Shown piece after piece: positions 23,405-38,400 of a stretch of 64,000 nucleotides of DNA. Below the pieces are notes generated by a model, which was given only the letters and a program-made list of their open reading frames with translations, was not told the DNA's origin and ran no database searches. Positions within the stretch are counted from its first letter, which is position 1. Every line of letters starts with the position of its first letter. This stretch comes from Octopus sinensis (Eukaryota), in assembly GCF_006345805.1 (NCBI RefSeq), contig NC_042998.1:160022001-160086000 (forward strand), written 5' to 3'. The position numbers and the translations under genes were made by a program.

Positions 23405-26400
23405 CTGTAAAATAATAAACTACTTGATTAGGTTAGGAAAAAGAAACATATGCAAATTTAATTTTTTTTTTTAATACACAAGAACAAACTTTACAATATA
23501 AAATGACCAGTAACATTTAATCCTTTAAATACATTGTCACTGTTCAGTATTAGTGTATAATGAGTGCTCAACATTGGTGGATAAACAAGGTAAACCAATG
23601 GTTTCATGTGAAGAGATCTCCCCGATTGTTCAAGAGTACCACATGGAAGTGTTGGTACTTGTCTCCATTTTGCATGAGATTATATATGCATACACACAAT
23701 TTTTTTCACTCAATAAGCTACCCATGTTAGGTTACAGTCAAATTACAACATACAGAGGATATTTTGTCGAATACTACTTTCTATCATATATGCACATAAC
23801 AAAATGTTGTAAGATACTAATCAACTATTTTCCCAGTGTCCTGTATTGCTGTAATGGAATAAAGACAGGAAGATACATATGAACTCACCAATGGATTAGG
23901 TCGAAATCTGTAGGCAAGCATCATTCGTTTTCTAAAGGCTTCATATTCATCATCATCTTTTGTAAGATTTGCAGGTCGCTCAACTCCAAATCCACCACCA
24001 TCAACTGATTGAATACCTCTGCAATCAAAATAAATTATTTCTTTTCTCATATTTAAAATATAGACATATTACACTTTATATCTTATGAAGAAATTGCAAG
24101 TAGATATTTCAATTCTTGCTTGCAGAAGAAAAACTATAAACGATTCATTTGTCTTTTAGACACAAAAGACTTTTTTGTAATGGAAAGGGAATATCATTTA
24201 TTGTAGGTCCATGCAAGCATGGGAAAATGAGTAAGAAAAGAATTACTCAATCTTTGAATAGTATCTCTGCTGTCAAAGTCAACATCTTTGCTAAATGCTT
24301 TTCAGTAGCTCCACTAACAATATAAACTAATCAGTGCTTGCTACATATAGCCCCTCCCCCCATCTGATTTTCAAGCAATGTACACCAAAAAATAAGTACA
24401 ACCTTAAGCAAACCCTTGTATGTGTTGCTCTTCATTAGTATCTATTTGGAACTTCATGCCACAGCTAGCTATCCACTTCTACACTTTCAGTTCTAAACTG
24501 ATGAAACAATCATGGCCAATTCTTTACTATAGCTTCAACAAGCAGAGAGAGTTGGCAAAAATTTGGCAACTAGGTTCAATGCCACACAATATTTAGTTTC
24601 TCCATAATTCTAAGTTCAAGCTTTGCAAATACCATGCCTTTTATCTATCCAAAGTTAGAAAAGGACCATGTGGGGGGGGGGGACAGTATTCATTCACATA
24701 ACTAAACCCCTCGCCCAAAACATTAACAGTAATCAACTTTGCAACATGACAATAACTGCTGTATCAAGTCTCAGTTTAAACATTACAAACTGAATAAATG
24801 ACATACAAGCTTCAAACTTATGTAGGAGTTTAACAAAGGATCACAAGCTTCTGCTTCAGTTAAATTACTGTTCTCACAATATAACATGAAGATAACAACC
24901 GTCCATTCTTGTGTACTCTTTAAATTAAATGTTTTGTTCCCTATTTAATGTGTCCCTTTTTCTGCCAATAACAACACCCATCATGTCATCAAATTAAAAT
25001 CTATTTTACTATGACATATAAAACCAACAAATTGCCTCACTAAACATTTCTTATGAACAACACATGCTAAGCATCATATTGAAATTCAGTATCTGACAAT
25101 TTCAGTAGCTCAAGCAACCTTTCAAGGAAATTCTAGATTATTAGCGATGCCAGAACCACATCTAACACATTTGCTTTTTCCTTCAGAGCTTTAGATAACT
25201 TGATTACTTTTGGCCTTACTATGCTCTCATTTGGCAGCAGAACACAGAAAGTTTAGACTGAATGATGGAGTATGAAAATAATTCAATGTCTACATTTGAG
25301 ATTCAGTATCCTAGAATGTCAGTAACTCAAATGTATTTTTTATCAGCCAATTGATAGAAAGCTATTTGCTTTTTTTTTTTGCAGTGAAAATACATATTAT
25401 GAATGTCATCGACATTGAACTAAAATCTGTGAAAATAATTATGGAACTAATGGAGAATTAAGATTGGAAACACATACTTATTAACTGGAGTTTTTATACC
25501 CTGGCTTTCAGATCCTAGGCCTTCTCCTTCTTGCCAACCTAGACGTTGCAACATCTGGTAACCAATATTTTCGCAGGTCAGCTTAAATTCTTTGTAGTCA
25601 GAAAGGTCAGGCTCTCGTCCTTCTTTTAGTGCCTATAAACAATAGTAAATGAATTTAAGTGCTAAGAAGTTAAGCAAAAACTTAATGACATATTAAAGAG
25701 GATGAAATCAGGTATTAACACTTCTCGTACATTTAGACTACCATTAATTATATTTCTGCTGTGTTGATGTTTTAATACAGTACTGGTGCCATGTAGAAAG
25801 TACCCAGTCTACTCTGCAAGGTGGTTGGCATTCGGAAGGGCATCCAGCCATAGAAACCATGCCAAAACAGACATTAAAGCCTGGTTTGCCAGCTCCTGTC
25901 AAACTATCCAACCCATGCTAACATAAAAAATGGACATTAAATGATGACGATTAGTAATATCTCAACTTATAAGCAAAGTGAGACTTAATTGAAAAGAAGT
26001 TCAATCATTTTGTTATTCATAACATGCTGCTACTACATTTTTTTATGTTGGGTTATGCAAGAATACATGGGACACATGCAAATACATATTGGCTGACTAT
26101 TTTCAATCTATTGACTGAACAAACAGCAACAAAGTAAAACACTATTCTCTTCCAGCATAATATATATATATACTTATTCATGAGTATGGTAAACAGGAAC
26201 TACATTTTTGAATCAGTTTTATTCAACCAGCTTTTTTGGCTGACTGCCAATATCAACAGTTGTAACTACTACAACCATATAGCAAGTCCTATGTTTTACT
26301 ACTTGAGATATATATATATATATATAAGCACAGGTGTGGCTGTGTGGTAAAGAAGTTTGCATCCCAACCACATGGCTCCAACTCCAGGTTCGGCCCTACT

Positions 26401-29400
26401 AAGTGGCCACCTTGGGCAAGTGTCCTCTGTTGTAAGGCTTGGGCCAGCCAAAGACTTGAGTGGATTTGGTAGACAGAAACTGAAAGAAGCCGTGTGTGTG
26501 TGTTTGTCCTTCACCACTGCTTGATAACCAGTGTTGGTGTGTTTACATCCCTATAACTCAGCAGTTTGGCAAAGTGACCCATAAGAGAAGTACCAGCTTT
26601 AGAAAAAAATAAGTACTGGGATTGATTCATTCAACTAAAAATTCAAGGCAGTACCACTGCATGGCTGCAGTCTAATGACATGTAAAAGAGATAAAATATA
26701 TACACTCCTATGTAAATCCATGTGGCTGGTACTGAAATGTTTACAAGTGTTAATGGAATAAGCTAAATTTCAGATCCAATCCTCTCCTTTATTTCTCTCT
26801 CCCTCACACACAAGCTTACAATATTATAGTTAATTAATCATCAAACTGAATACTGAATAATCATCTCTGACAATGAGTATATAAATTTCCAAAATATATA
26901 TTACTTACATTGTATGTTTCCATAAATTTTTCTAATTCATCTGGAGGTAAAAAATCACCAATAAAATGTTTGCCTTTGTTCATTTCTGTCAACTGTTCGG
27001 CCCACTCTGAAAAGGAAAATATAATTGCACAATGAAAAGGAACATTCTTAATTCACTGAAGACAATTTTAAACTACATCTTTATATTTTAAGTGTTGATA
27101 TTGACATCTTTTATCTTTTACTTGTTTCAGTCATTGGAGTGTGGCCATGCTACCTTAAAGGATTTAGTCAAGCAAATTGACTCGAGTACTTATCCATCTT
27201 TTTTGCTTAACCATTAAGTTATGGGAACATAAATAAACCAACACTGGTTGTCAAGTAGTGGTGGTGGAGGTAAACATAAAAATAAACACACACACATTTA
27301 TCTGTTTCTGTCTACCAAATCAACTCACAGAGCTTTGGTTGCCTGAGGCAATAGTAGAAGACACTTGCCCAAGGTGCCACACAGTGGGACTGAACCTGTA
27401 AGCAAGTGGTTGGGAAACAAACTTCTTACCACACAGCCACACCACAGAGATGAAAATAAGACTTTCTAAAGTCCAAACCAATGCTCTTTAAGTGTAACAA
27501 TCACAGGTACCAATCAATAAATTTATTTTTAACTCTAGAAGTAAAAATCTGAGAATTGTAAGTTATGTTGAGTAAAAGTTACTAAAAATCACTAAATTTT
27601 TTAACATCGTCAATTAAACCTGGAAAATGATACAAAAAACCATGAAGTAAAATGTGAGCAAAAATATAAATATAGAAGTGAAATCCAAAAATGTGAACAG
27701 GAAAAGAATATGATAAATACAAACATTCATTAACAACGGGCTAAAACATATTTAAGGATTTAATAAATTCTGTAAAATTTCTTTAATCTTTTACTTGTTT
27801 CAGTAATTAGACTGCAGCCATGCTAGGGCACTGCCTTGAAGTTTTAATTGAATAAATTGATTCTAGTCCTTTTTTTGTTAAGCCTGGTACTTATTCTATC
27901 AGAAGTGGCAGTTGGGGGCTAACATAGACAAAAACACACACACACACACAGATATATGTATATATACAATGGGTTTCTTTCAGTTTCTATCAACCAAATT
28001 CTTTCACAAGCCTGAGGCTATAGCAAAAGCCACTGGTCTAAGGTGCCACGCAGTGGGACCAAACTCAGAACCATGTAGTTAGTCATGCCTAAATCCTCAA
28101 CAAAACCATATATTATTTCTCGGTTACACAAATATAATATAAAAGTCTGTTCTTACCTCTGGTAGCATTCATTTCAGCCATCCTTTTTTTATGCTCCCAG
28201 GTGCCACCTTCTACATCCTCGTCTGAATCATACTCGTATATAGGATTTAGAGCAATACCAGCTGCCTCTGCCATCACTGCTGCTTCCTTGGCTTTCTTCT
28301 GAGCTAGAATTAGCTCATACATCATGTTAAGCTATAGTTTGATAGAATGGGAATGATTTTATAATGTACAAAATAACTAATAATTCACTTTTTAGTGGGT
28401 GGGTCTCCATTTGAAGCATCAGTCTCATATATATAAATCCTCAAAGCAATCATCTGCTAAAAAGATGTGCTTTGGTGGGTCTTGAAAGATTGGAACATGT
28501 GAGTGACAAGAATTGTTGAAGTATTGTGGATAAACCTATGCTCTTCTATTCGTTCCTATAAGCAAAACATTTGGCCCTGATTCTGATGTGTTTATTAGTG
28601 TATATAAAAGGTCAATACTAAGTCCTTTGATCATCATCATTCTCATAAAAAGACACTGTCACCTTTGGATGCCTTTAAGAGCTAATCTATGCATAGAAGA
28701 TCATATCCAACAACAAAATTATCCATGGTTAGCTTTCTAGTTTGTATCATTTTTTCTCATTAAAATGAATTCTGCAACCTAACTGAATATAGCTGAAATT
28801 AACTACATACAAATTAAACAGCACCAACAGTTATCTCATTTCCTTAGTCCTGAAATAACTTGTGTCATAATTTTGTCTGAGAACAAAGACTAAAAATCAA
28901 TATTTTTATACCTTCCTAACTAAAGTAGATCCATAAACAATTGCAAAAAATGAACACTCAACTAGCTATAAATCTTATACAAAATTCTACAAATTTCTCT
29001 GCATAAAATTCAACAAAACATTTGGAATTTAAAATTTCCTTTAAATTTATGTGGAAAATTAAAATAAAACAATGTGGGGGATCAGCATGACAAAGAATAG
29101 AACCAACTTTTCCTTGTGTGTTGTAAATGGTGACTAAACGAGGTTGAGTCAGGATATGTACTCTGACCTTGTAAAACCAACACCAGCAATGACTACCCAA
29201 ACAAACCCATGGGTTGTGGGGTGCAGTGGTGTCATTCACCAGAAGGAAATCACCAACAAATGGTGGATGCAGTGACATGGTGCTGCAGCATATTACCCCA
29301 TACTACTACTCCTCCTCTTTGAATTAATATCTCAAATTATCCAAAACACAGTATTGTGGAGAACTTCAATTTCACTGATCCACCTGATTTATACTTTTGA

Positions 29401-32400
29401 AAAATCAATGCTAACTGAAAAATAATATCAGATTTAGTTACTATGTTCCACCCATTTGTTCAAGCTTGACTAAGCAATCAACTATGATGTAAGAGAGGAA
29501 TTTGTTTTTTGTTAAATCAGGTAAAGCAGAAGAGAGTTAGATGCCTTGATTCAAACTAATGGCTAAATGGTCAATAGCTTAGCATCTAAAACTTGCTGCA
29601 ATTGTGCTTCATCTTTAAAAACATCCATTCATTATTCAGTAATACCAAAAGTAAAGTTGGTAATAAATATACACCTTAACCAAAACTTTTCACATTAATC
29701 TCAATTCACTTCATGGATGTAAATTAAAAGTTATTGTTTTCTTTACATCAGTACACACAGAGTATAAAATCTAAAATGTGAAATATAATATTTGTAGGAA
29801 ATAATGCTAAGAGTTTTTTTTTAACATTAATGAATAAAACTATGTACCTCTTTGTGAACAGAATTGTAAACGAAAATAAAATCAATAATACCAGGTATTG
29901 GCTCCTGTGGCTTCTAATTGGGCCCCACATGCAAGGTCATTCACTGTTTATCTTGATATGAAATCACCATGTTGTGCACATGGTTGTGATGCATATGCTT
30001 GGTGTACCCTTATTGGATGGGTAGTCATGATGGGTATACTGGGCTTTGTATATTTTACCCGTATCACTTTGATGGCATGTACTGCTCCCTCACTCAATAA
30101 TAATCTTTTCTTTATTCACCACTGAGGATTTATATAGAAAAATTGGGGATGGCACAAGACAACATAACACAAGAGAGTGGGATTTAATTATGTAAAAAGG
30201 TAATAACAATTAAAATTATAAATAAATCCCCAAAAGAGGAAGACTTCCAAGGGCTGCTTGTGGAAACCCCACAAAAACCACAATCATCCTGACCTCAAGG
30301 GCAAGTGTCCTCTCCACCTCATCTACTCTTGGCTTAGAGTAGACCCATTCATTCAGGCCATTCGTACTATATTCACCTACCTTTTAACAAAATTGCTGGG
30401 AGGCAGCACTTCCTTCTCTACCCTCACTTTCACATAAATATAATTTCAGATTCAATTCTTATCTCATTTGAAATTCTCTCCACAAGAAAATATTGTACAT
30501 CTATTCAATTTAATGATTATATTTCTTTAACTTTTATCTTTAGGTCCTAGGTTCTCAAATTTAAGAAAGCAAGCCTTTCTTATAATTCAGTTTCCACACA
30601 AACTTCCCATCATTATGCGAACAATCTTTCCCCACAATGGATATTTAATCCTTAATCCAAAGTAAGTATTTTTTATTTATTTATTTGCTAGTCTGGACAA
30701 AGGGGCATTGTAAATTATAATTCAGGAAATGGTTTCAATAAATAATTTTATTCATTTTATGCATGTGGTCTCTTTCAATAACCTTGTTTTTAATTCTATG
30801 AAACTTGCAAAGATCCTCACAAACCAAGGTAATGTTTCCCCATGGTCGCATGTGTTTTTCAAAGACTAGAATTGAATAACACTGGTCATATGATGGTGAT
30901 GTTTGTTTGCAATCATCTTGTGATGTCATAGCAAGAGTGCACACACATTACATGTATTTCTTGTTTCAGTCATTTGACTGTGGCCACCACCTTGAAGGGC
31001 TTTAGTCAAACAAATCAACACCATGACAGTTTTTAAAGCCATGTACTTATTTTATTCTATTGCTTCTTTTGCCAAACTGCTAAGTTATAGGGATGTAAAC
31101 ACACCAACACTGGTTGTCAAGTGGTGGTGGAGAACAAAAACAACCAGACACACACTGAGCTTCTTTCGGTTTCCTTCGACCAAATCCACTCACAAGGCTT
31201 AGGTCAGCACACACACACAGCTATGGTCTGCTTAAAACTATAGTGCAAAGTACTTGCCTAAGGTGCAATACAGTAGAACCAAACAGGAAAATATACAGTT
31301 CGAAAGCAAGCTTCTTAGCCATACAATGGAAAGGCAGACACTGAGTTCAACGAAACACAACACTTAAGCTATTTATCAACTACTGTCAACAAAATTTATC
31401 AAGATCATTTTCCTTAACCTTATTTGAAGCAATCAAAACCAATGTATTTGTTTTGTCAAACTGTCCAACCTGTGCTAGCATAAAAATTAAAAAAAGTTGG
31501 AGGTTAACTAGTACTTATAACTATATAAGTCAATCTGGTGTGAACTATGCTAATAACGCAGAGGGTCAGTGTATCTTGAAGATCACTATTTTCCACTTGT
31601 AAACCCTTTAGTATTCAGATTACTCTGTCAAATGGAATGCTTATTTATTCATGCTGTTTTGAATTAATCTCATAGCTTCAAGATTTCAATGATGTGATTA
31701 TTTTTAGAATGACATTGTAGGGTATGTGTGAGAGGCTGGATCTGGCCAGTTTGAACATAAGACAAGGTAGAATATTTGGGCCGGATATGGCCAGTTTAAA
31801 TGCTAAAGGGTTAAATAGCAGACAGAGCAGATAGAATATAGGAAATAATGTACACTATGTAAATATGATACATAAATTAAGGGAAAAATCTATTCTGTGA
31901 ACATTTAGTGAAGAACCTCTACAAATAGATAATAAAGAAACTGCGATTATAAGAAGCAAAATTTAATACTAATATCAGTCAACACAGGAACACTTATATA
32001 AATGTGCATGGAGCTACGGCTTTGGCAAAAGAAATCATGTTTGAGGAAAGCTTCTGATGTTATATACAAACGACTACATTATCTGCTAAACTAACTGCTT
32101 ACCATAGGAAAGAATACAAAATGACTTCATGAACAGATTGCTCATTTTAGATAAGAAAAATAAGAGCTTAGGTGTGTGATGATGTAGAGGATATCTACAT
32201 TCAATAGTAGAACAAATAGCTGGTCATTAAAAGATAATAAATATACTATAAAGTCATCAAAAAGTTGGAGGAAAAATTCATTTAGGTAGAGGATAATGAG
32301 GTAGTAAAGCAGCCAAATAAACCAAGAAAAAGATTTTAAAAAAAACAGCTGCTGAAAATAGAACATATCTCCTTTTAACTACAACTATTTAAAACAACAA

Positions 32401-35400
32401 ACTCCTATACCACAGTGAGCTCTTCAAGCAACTCAGCAGTCGTTTCTGTAGAACCAGATCAACAAGGGAATGGTTTTCATCACCAACAGTTTCTTGTCCC
32501 TGAGATCATTAGTAAAAGCAAAGTTATTGCCCTTGACATGAACAAAATTTTTAACCGTACATACTACAAAACACTAACATTCCTTTCAGCATCCATAGGG
32601 TCTCTAGGTCCTATTCAGGGGTTCATCAGAGTTTATTTGACTCATGCACTCTTTTTTCAATATAATAGTGATCTTTATTTGCAGACGTGCACACACACCA
32701 ATACAGACAGTACTGGCCTTCACTCATCCTTGACACATTCCACTGAGATAAATTTTTTGCCAGGGGTTCATAACAGAAGCCTTGAAAAAAATTTCATAAA
32801 TCAACATGTCCTACAAACACTTACATAAAACATCAAAATGGTTAGCAGTAATCACTTGCTTCTGTGGATATACAGATAAAAGTAGTAAACATAGAAGGGA
32901 AAGTTAAAAGTTGGTGAAAAGAGTTACAACCAATCTAATATAGAATGAAGATAAGATGGATAAACGGTGGGGACTGCTGTAGTTGGTTAGCCTGGGTCAG
33001 CTTTGATCAATGGCTGTAAGTGTTCCAGCCATGACCATCTCATTTTGGTTACTTTGGAGACTTGATGCCTTACTCAGAAGGCTATCTGTATCAGGTATAA
33101 AAATATGAATATATTTATGGTGAGTGAGAGTTGGCAAGTTTATGGAAAAACAATAAGCACCTTAACACTGCATTTCTTAGGTTCCTAAGTATCTTACATT
33201 CTATAGTTCCAAGTGAAAGCTATTCAGGCAATACAAAGAGGGTAAAATTACAATCAAAAGTAGCAATAGAGCCAATGAAGATTTTAAAATTAAATAATTG
33301 TATTGTTTCCCTAATGTCCTGGAAACCATAATGAAGATATTCAGAATTAACAATCATAGAAGCTTGTATATTAATATTAATAAATACCCCATTTTTACCG
33401 AAAATTAAGAAAGCAACACAGCTAAAGGGTTGTAGAAAAGATTTTGGAGAGAGATCGAGATCTAGAGATGATCAAAATCAACACTAGGTTTGCAATAGGT
33501 ACCAAAAGTCTAATACTAGTATAAAGAAGGAATTTACAGAAACCTAAGCCTTCAGTGTGGATTTGGTAGACAGAAACTGAAAGAATCCTGTGCAATGTGT
33601 ATGTGAATGTTTGTGTCTCCTTGTATTGACATCACATGAGTGTCACTGTCATACATGTAGTGTCGTTCATCTCCAATATTCTGCGGAAACATGTCTGGCT
33701 ATAAAGAAATATTACTTTACTTGGAAGCAGATGAGGATCAGAAACAGTAAGGCTATTTGGCTGTAGAAAATCTACCTCAATAAACTTCCATGCGAGCATG
33801 GAAAAGTGGACATTAAATTGATGATGATCAACATTTTTAAATAGTGCAATTGTTTATCTTTACAACTAAATTAGTAATTAATCATTAATAATATGATGGT
33901 ACATCTTTTCTGGCCTGACATGTCGATATTTTAATTTCTTGAAAATTTATCTCACTAGAGTGTCACTTATGTGTATACATGTACTTTTGAATTAGGTTAA
34001 TGCATATTAGCTATGAACAATATGATGCTACAGGAAGGTTATTTGTTTTTTCTAAAGTCCATTGTGTCACCTAAAAATCAGTAACAAATCACTTGACACA
34101 TGTGTCATAGCTTGCCATCATTAACCTACTGTATAAAGTGATTGTAAGTTTAGAAAATTATTGATGACAAAGAGAGTTTCTCTGTAAAAGTTGATGCCTG
34201 GTACACATCTGCAGTCTATACATAGATCAGATGAGGAAATGACTAATTATGAAAAGTATTAGACTATGATAACAAGTACAACTGATGGATAGGCTTGATT
34301 TTGAGGCGAGTCAAAAGTTTTGCAATATTTGCATACAAGCTAGTTTGTGGAGTGCATATCATGTGACCAAGTAGATGAAGCCATGGAAGGTTGGCAGTGT
34401 AGTGGTAGTTGGAGTCTTGACACACTGTACATTGCTTCAGTATGTATGCGAGTTGAAATGCATTCAGATGAACATGCAATGTAGTCTAATTTGGGAACTT
34501 ATGTTTTACAAGTTTGAACTATTACAAAAGTCTTGAAAGGTGTTTAGGTAATGAGGTTTAAATACTGGCAGTTTCACAAACTTGGTGAATATTCAATAAA
34601 ATCATGGAAGTGCAATTTTTTCCTAATTGAGGCCAATTCAAACAGCAGAAATAAAACTATTTCAATAATTCCAGTTTTAAAAACATTTTGTTTTTAAAAC
34701 TGGAATTTTAAAACAAGCAATGCATAAAAGAAACCTGATGCGCAAATAGTAATTACATTATCTACAATTTAAAGAGTATAAGAGAAAACTTACCTCTCTC
34801 TGTTCTTTAATCTGTTTTAACTGGTCATCAGAAAGCGAATCACTACCAACCATCTTGCGGGCAAAATCTTGAATTGTCACAACTAAAAGATAAAGAAGAA
34901 ATATATAACATTCATGAGCTATCTCCACTGCTCTTTAAACTCCTCTACCCATCAATACTCTCCCATCCTGTGTATAGGTATCTCAGCCTACTGCTCTTTA
35001 AATTCTATGTCTTTAATGATTTTGTGTAAATTAAACCTCTCCAACCCCACATCCCAAAATGGGTCATACAGAAGGCAGAAGGACACTGTTATAGGTATAT
35101 AGATAAATAGAAATTAGGTAGATTAACAAAGATTTCTTACCAGGTGGTCGAGACACAGTAGCTGCAGTTGATGTCATTGGTAATGGTTGTACAGCAACAG
35201 GGCAGGGAACTGCGTTTGTTCTAGAGCCAGCAGGAATACTACTAGGGTCTAAAAGGTCAGATGGAAGAGGACAGAATTCTTCATGGGGACCCCACCGACT
35301 TCGCCGTTTCCTGCGCCCACATTTACCTTCTGCTAAACCTAAAAATATAATTATATCAATACTGAGATTACTATTGTCACAAGAAGCAATAATTTCATTT

Positions 35401-38400
35401 TACACAGCCTTCCATCACTCAACACCTAACAAAAGGCACAAAGAAATGTATACAATCTTGTTCTGAGTGATATTTTCTTTCCTTTTTTTTTAATTGTATA
35501 AAGTGGAAAAGGAGTATTCAGAAGCAATCTTCAAATGGGTTGTAAACTACTTCCATTCACAGAACTTACAAAGTAAAAGTAATTGTTCAAAGGTGGTATT
35601 ATTATGGCTTGTAAATTAATTTCTGTTCAAAGAATTAAGGTGAATGATGACTATATAAATGAGACAGTTGTGAAAATAAACTTAAAATTGTGGGTAATAA
35701 ACCGATATTACATTGACAGAATTTAACATTTGGAAATTCTATAGATTATGATTGAGAGAATTGACTAACTTCCTTTACAAAAGAGGGACCTCGTGAGATA
35801 TAGTGAAAAAGAATATGATAGAACATAATTCATCTCAATCCTGCACAATGGGATTGACCCTGGAACCACATGGTTGTGAAGCAAACCTCTTTTAAACACA
35901 GCCATGCTTAACTATTTTGTTACCAACCTGTCTGAAAGCGCCCCTGGTTCTACAACACAAACTTCTGGTTTTAAAGTAATCTAAATAAAAATCTACCAAA
36001 ATTTCAGTGTAATAATGACAGTTATTTGAATAAGTTTTTCATTATTCTCTTAAAATTAATTGAAACAAAGAACATTTCAAAAGAAATATGGTAACAAAAG
36101 GGTCAAGGGAAATAACTGCATGTAACACAAACTCTATTTCTTATTTCAATATGACAATAGTGTTCAACAATAACAGCACATTCGATGGCACTGTTGGTCT
36201 GGGAGATTCCTTCCAAATGTTTCTTACAAGAAATATAAACAGATTTAAAACATTAACTTGGCACTTTAGGACTACTTTGTAAACTTAGGAATTTTTTAAT
36301 GTCAGATGTTTTGTACAAGGAAATATGTTTATATTTAATGCTGGCAAGTAGATTTCAGACAGTTTTGAGAATGAGGGTTCAATTGTTCGAACAACTGAAT
36401 TACCTGCTCCTGAATTCATGTGTTACGTGGCTAAGCATTCATTCCATTGACACATACAGCCTTAACTCTCAGGCAGAGACAGTATGTCAATGTGTGTGTG
36501 TGTGTGTGTGTGTGAGAGACAAGGCTGTACTTTTTAAAATATAGACACAATCCACCATGCAATGGAATTGAATCCAGTACCTCATGGTTGAGAAATCAAC
36601 TTCACAACTTGGCGATACTTCACTTACTATATTTAAAATACGAGTAACATCAGAAACAAATTCTTAACTCTAAAATTTTTACACAATTATTTTGTAAGCT
36701 AAATACTTGCACATAGTTTCAACTGATATTTCAGATTAATATTCAATGATATACATTAATAAAAAAAAGACAAACTAATAAAAAAAGCTTCAAAGTACAG
36801 TATCTCTCCTTTAGTTTACTTCTTGATTCACAGCAGTTTTACTGTGAAAAGTAGACACAGTTATTTAAAATTATCATAAATCAAATTTTAAAAAAATTTC
36901 TCCAAACTTTGCTTACCATTATCACCAGTATTTACTGTAGAAGTCATCTGTATGTCTTCTGTGTTTTTTAAACTACGCAATTCTTCAATTTTCAGCCACA
37001 TTTTTTTGTGCAGTGAACATTCAGTATCATACAAAAACCTTGAAGAATGGGAAAATAAAAAAATAAACCTAAATTTATAGCAATAGCAATTCTAAATGTA
37101 ATTAAAGAAAATAAAATCAGTCAATTTTATTATATCTTTATCAATAATACTTCATTTTCATGAGGCATAGATTGAAGAGTTGTTGGCATAAATGCTTTAT
37201 CTAGATGTTTTTGGGAGACTGTTAACGGTAAACATCCAAACACATATAAATGCTTAGTTGTTTTACAAAGTATCAGAACATACCAAATATCTTACCAATA
37301 AGAAGGATTTTCTTTATTTTCAGCCAAGATTTTTTTTTCCATTTCTGGGCCACACTGCGCAATGATTACAGCTAGTTGGTCCACAAGTCCTTGCGGGTCG
37401 TCTGCTGGAGAGACTACAATCACTATCAGTATCTTTTACCTCCTAGTGTCAGCCAAGTCTAGCCACTGTGACAGAAACGGCAAACCACTACATGGTACTT
37501 GTGGCCCTGTTATACCACTAACATACACTTCAACAAGCACACATAAACACAAACTTGCAAGCAACAAAGCAGGCCAGCTGACTTCCAGTTGAGACAAGAC
37601 AGAAGGAATGGAATAGGATTTTTCAATGAATAAAAATTGCTACAAATAAGTTTTATTCATATTTAAACTCTAGACATGGAATTTAAACAGTGCTAAGAAC
37701 TAAATTTTCTCCACCACATTAAAAAATGAAATTGAAGATGATTAACATTTCAGAATTATTTTAGTTTATCATTAGGTTGATTTATAGAATCACATATTCT
37801 AGTGATTAACTATATAATTCCTTTTTGTATTTCATAAATTACATTAATATGCTCAATAATGCATCATCCATAATAATATATAGTAGGAGCAAAAATTGTC
37901 AACAGTATGTGCATGTGAGAGTGTGTGGCTTAGTGATAAGGATGTTTTGCTTGTTGTCATTAAGTCCAAGAGTTTGATTCGTGAACTGGGTGGCACATTA
38001 TGTCTTTGAGCAAGGCATTTCATTTAATATTGCTTGAGTTTACTCAGCTGAAAAGGAGTACCAATCTAGTGCTGGTGCAGCTCTTTTTCCCCCTTCAGCT
38101 ACTATATCCTTTTTGTTCTGTTGGGTTATAATTAGAGGGCCTAAAAAGTGTTTGCCTGCTCTTATGATTACACAGGTACCTAAAACTACTAGTGAAATTC
38201 TGTTACGTGCTAGCAGATCATACTCACTTGTGAGTGATGGTTATGTATAGTATGAACATTGTACTAATGTTGAATGTTAAGGAATAGAAATGGGAAGTAA
38301 CAAAAGCAGAAATATGAAAAAAATGGATGACTCAGGCAGAACAAAATGACTGACTAACTTTTTAAAACAAAATCAGAAGATCAGTATAACTTGAAAATGT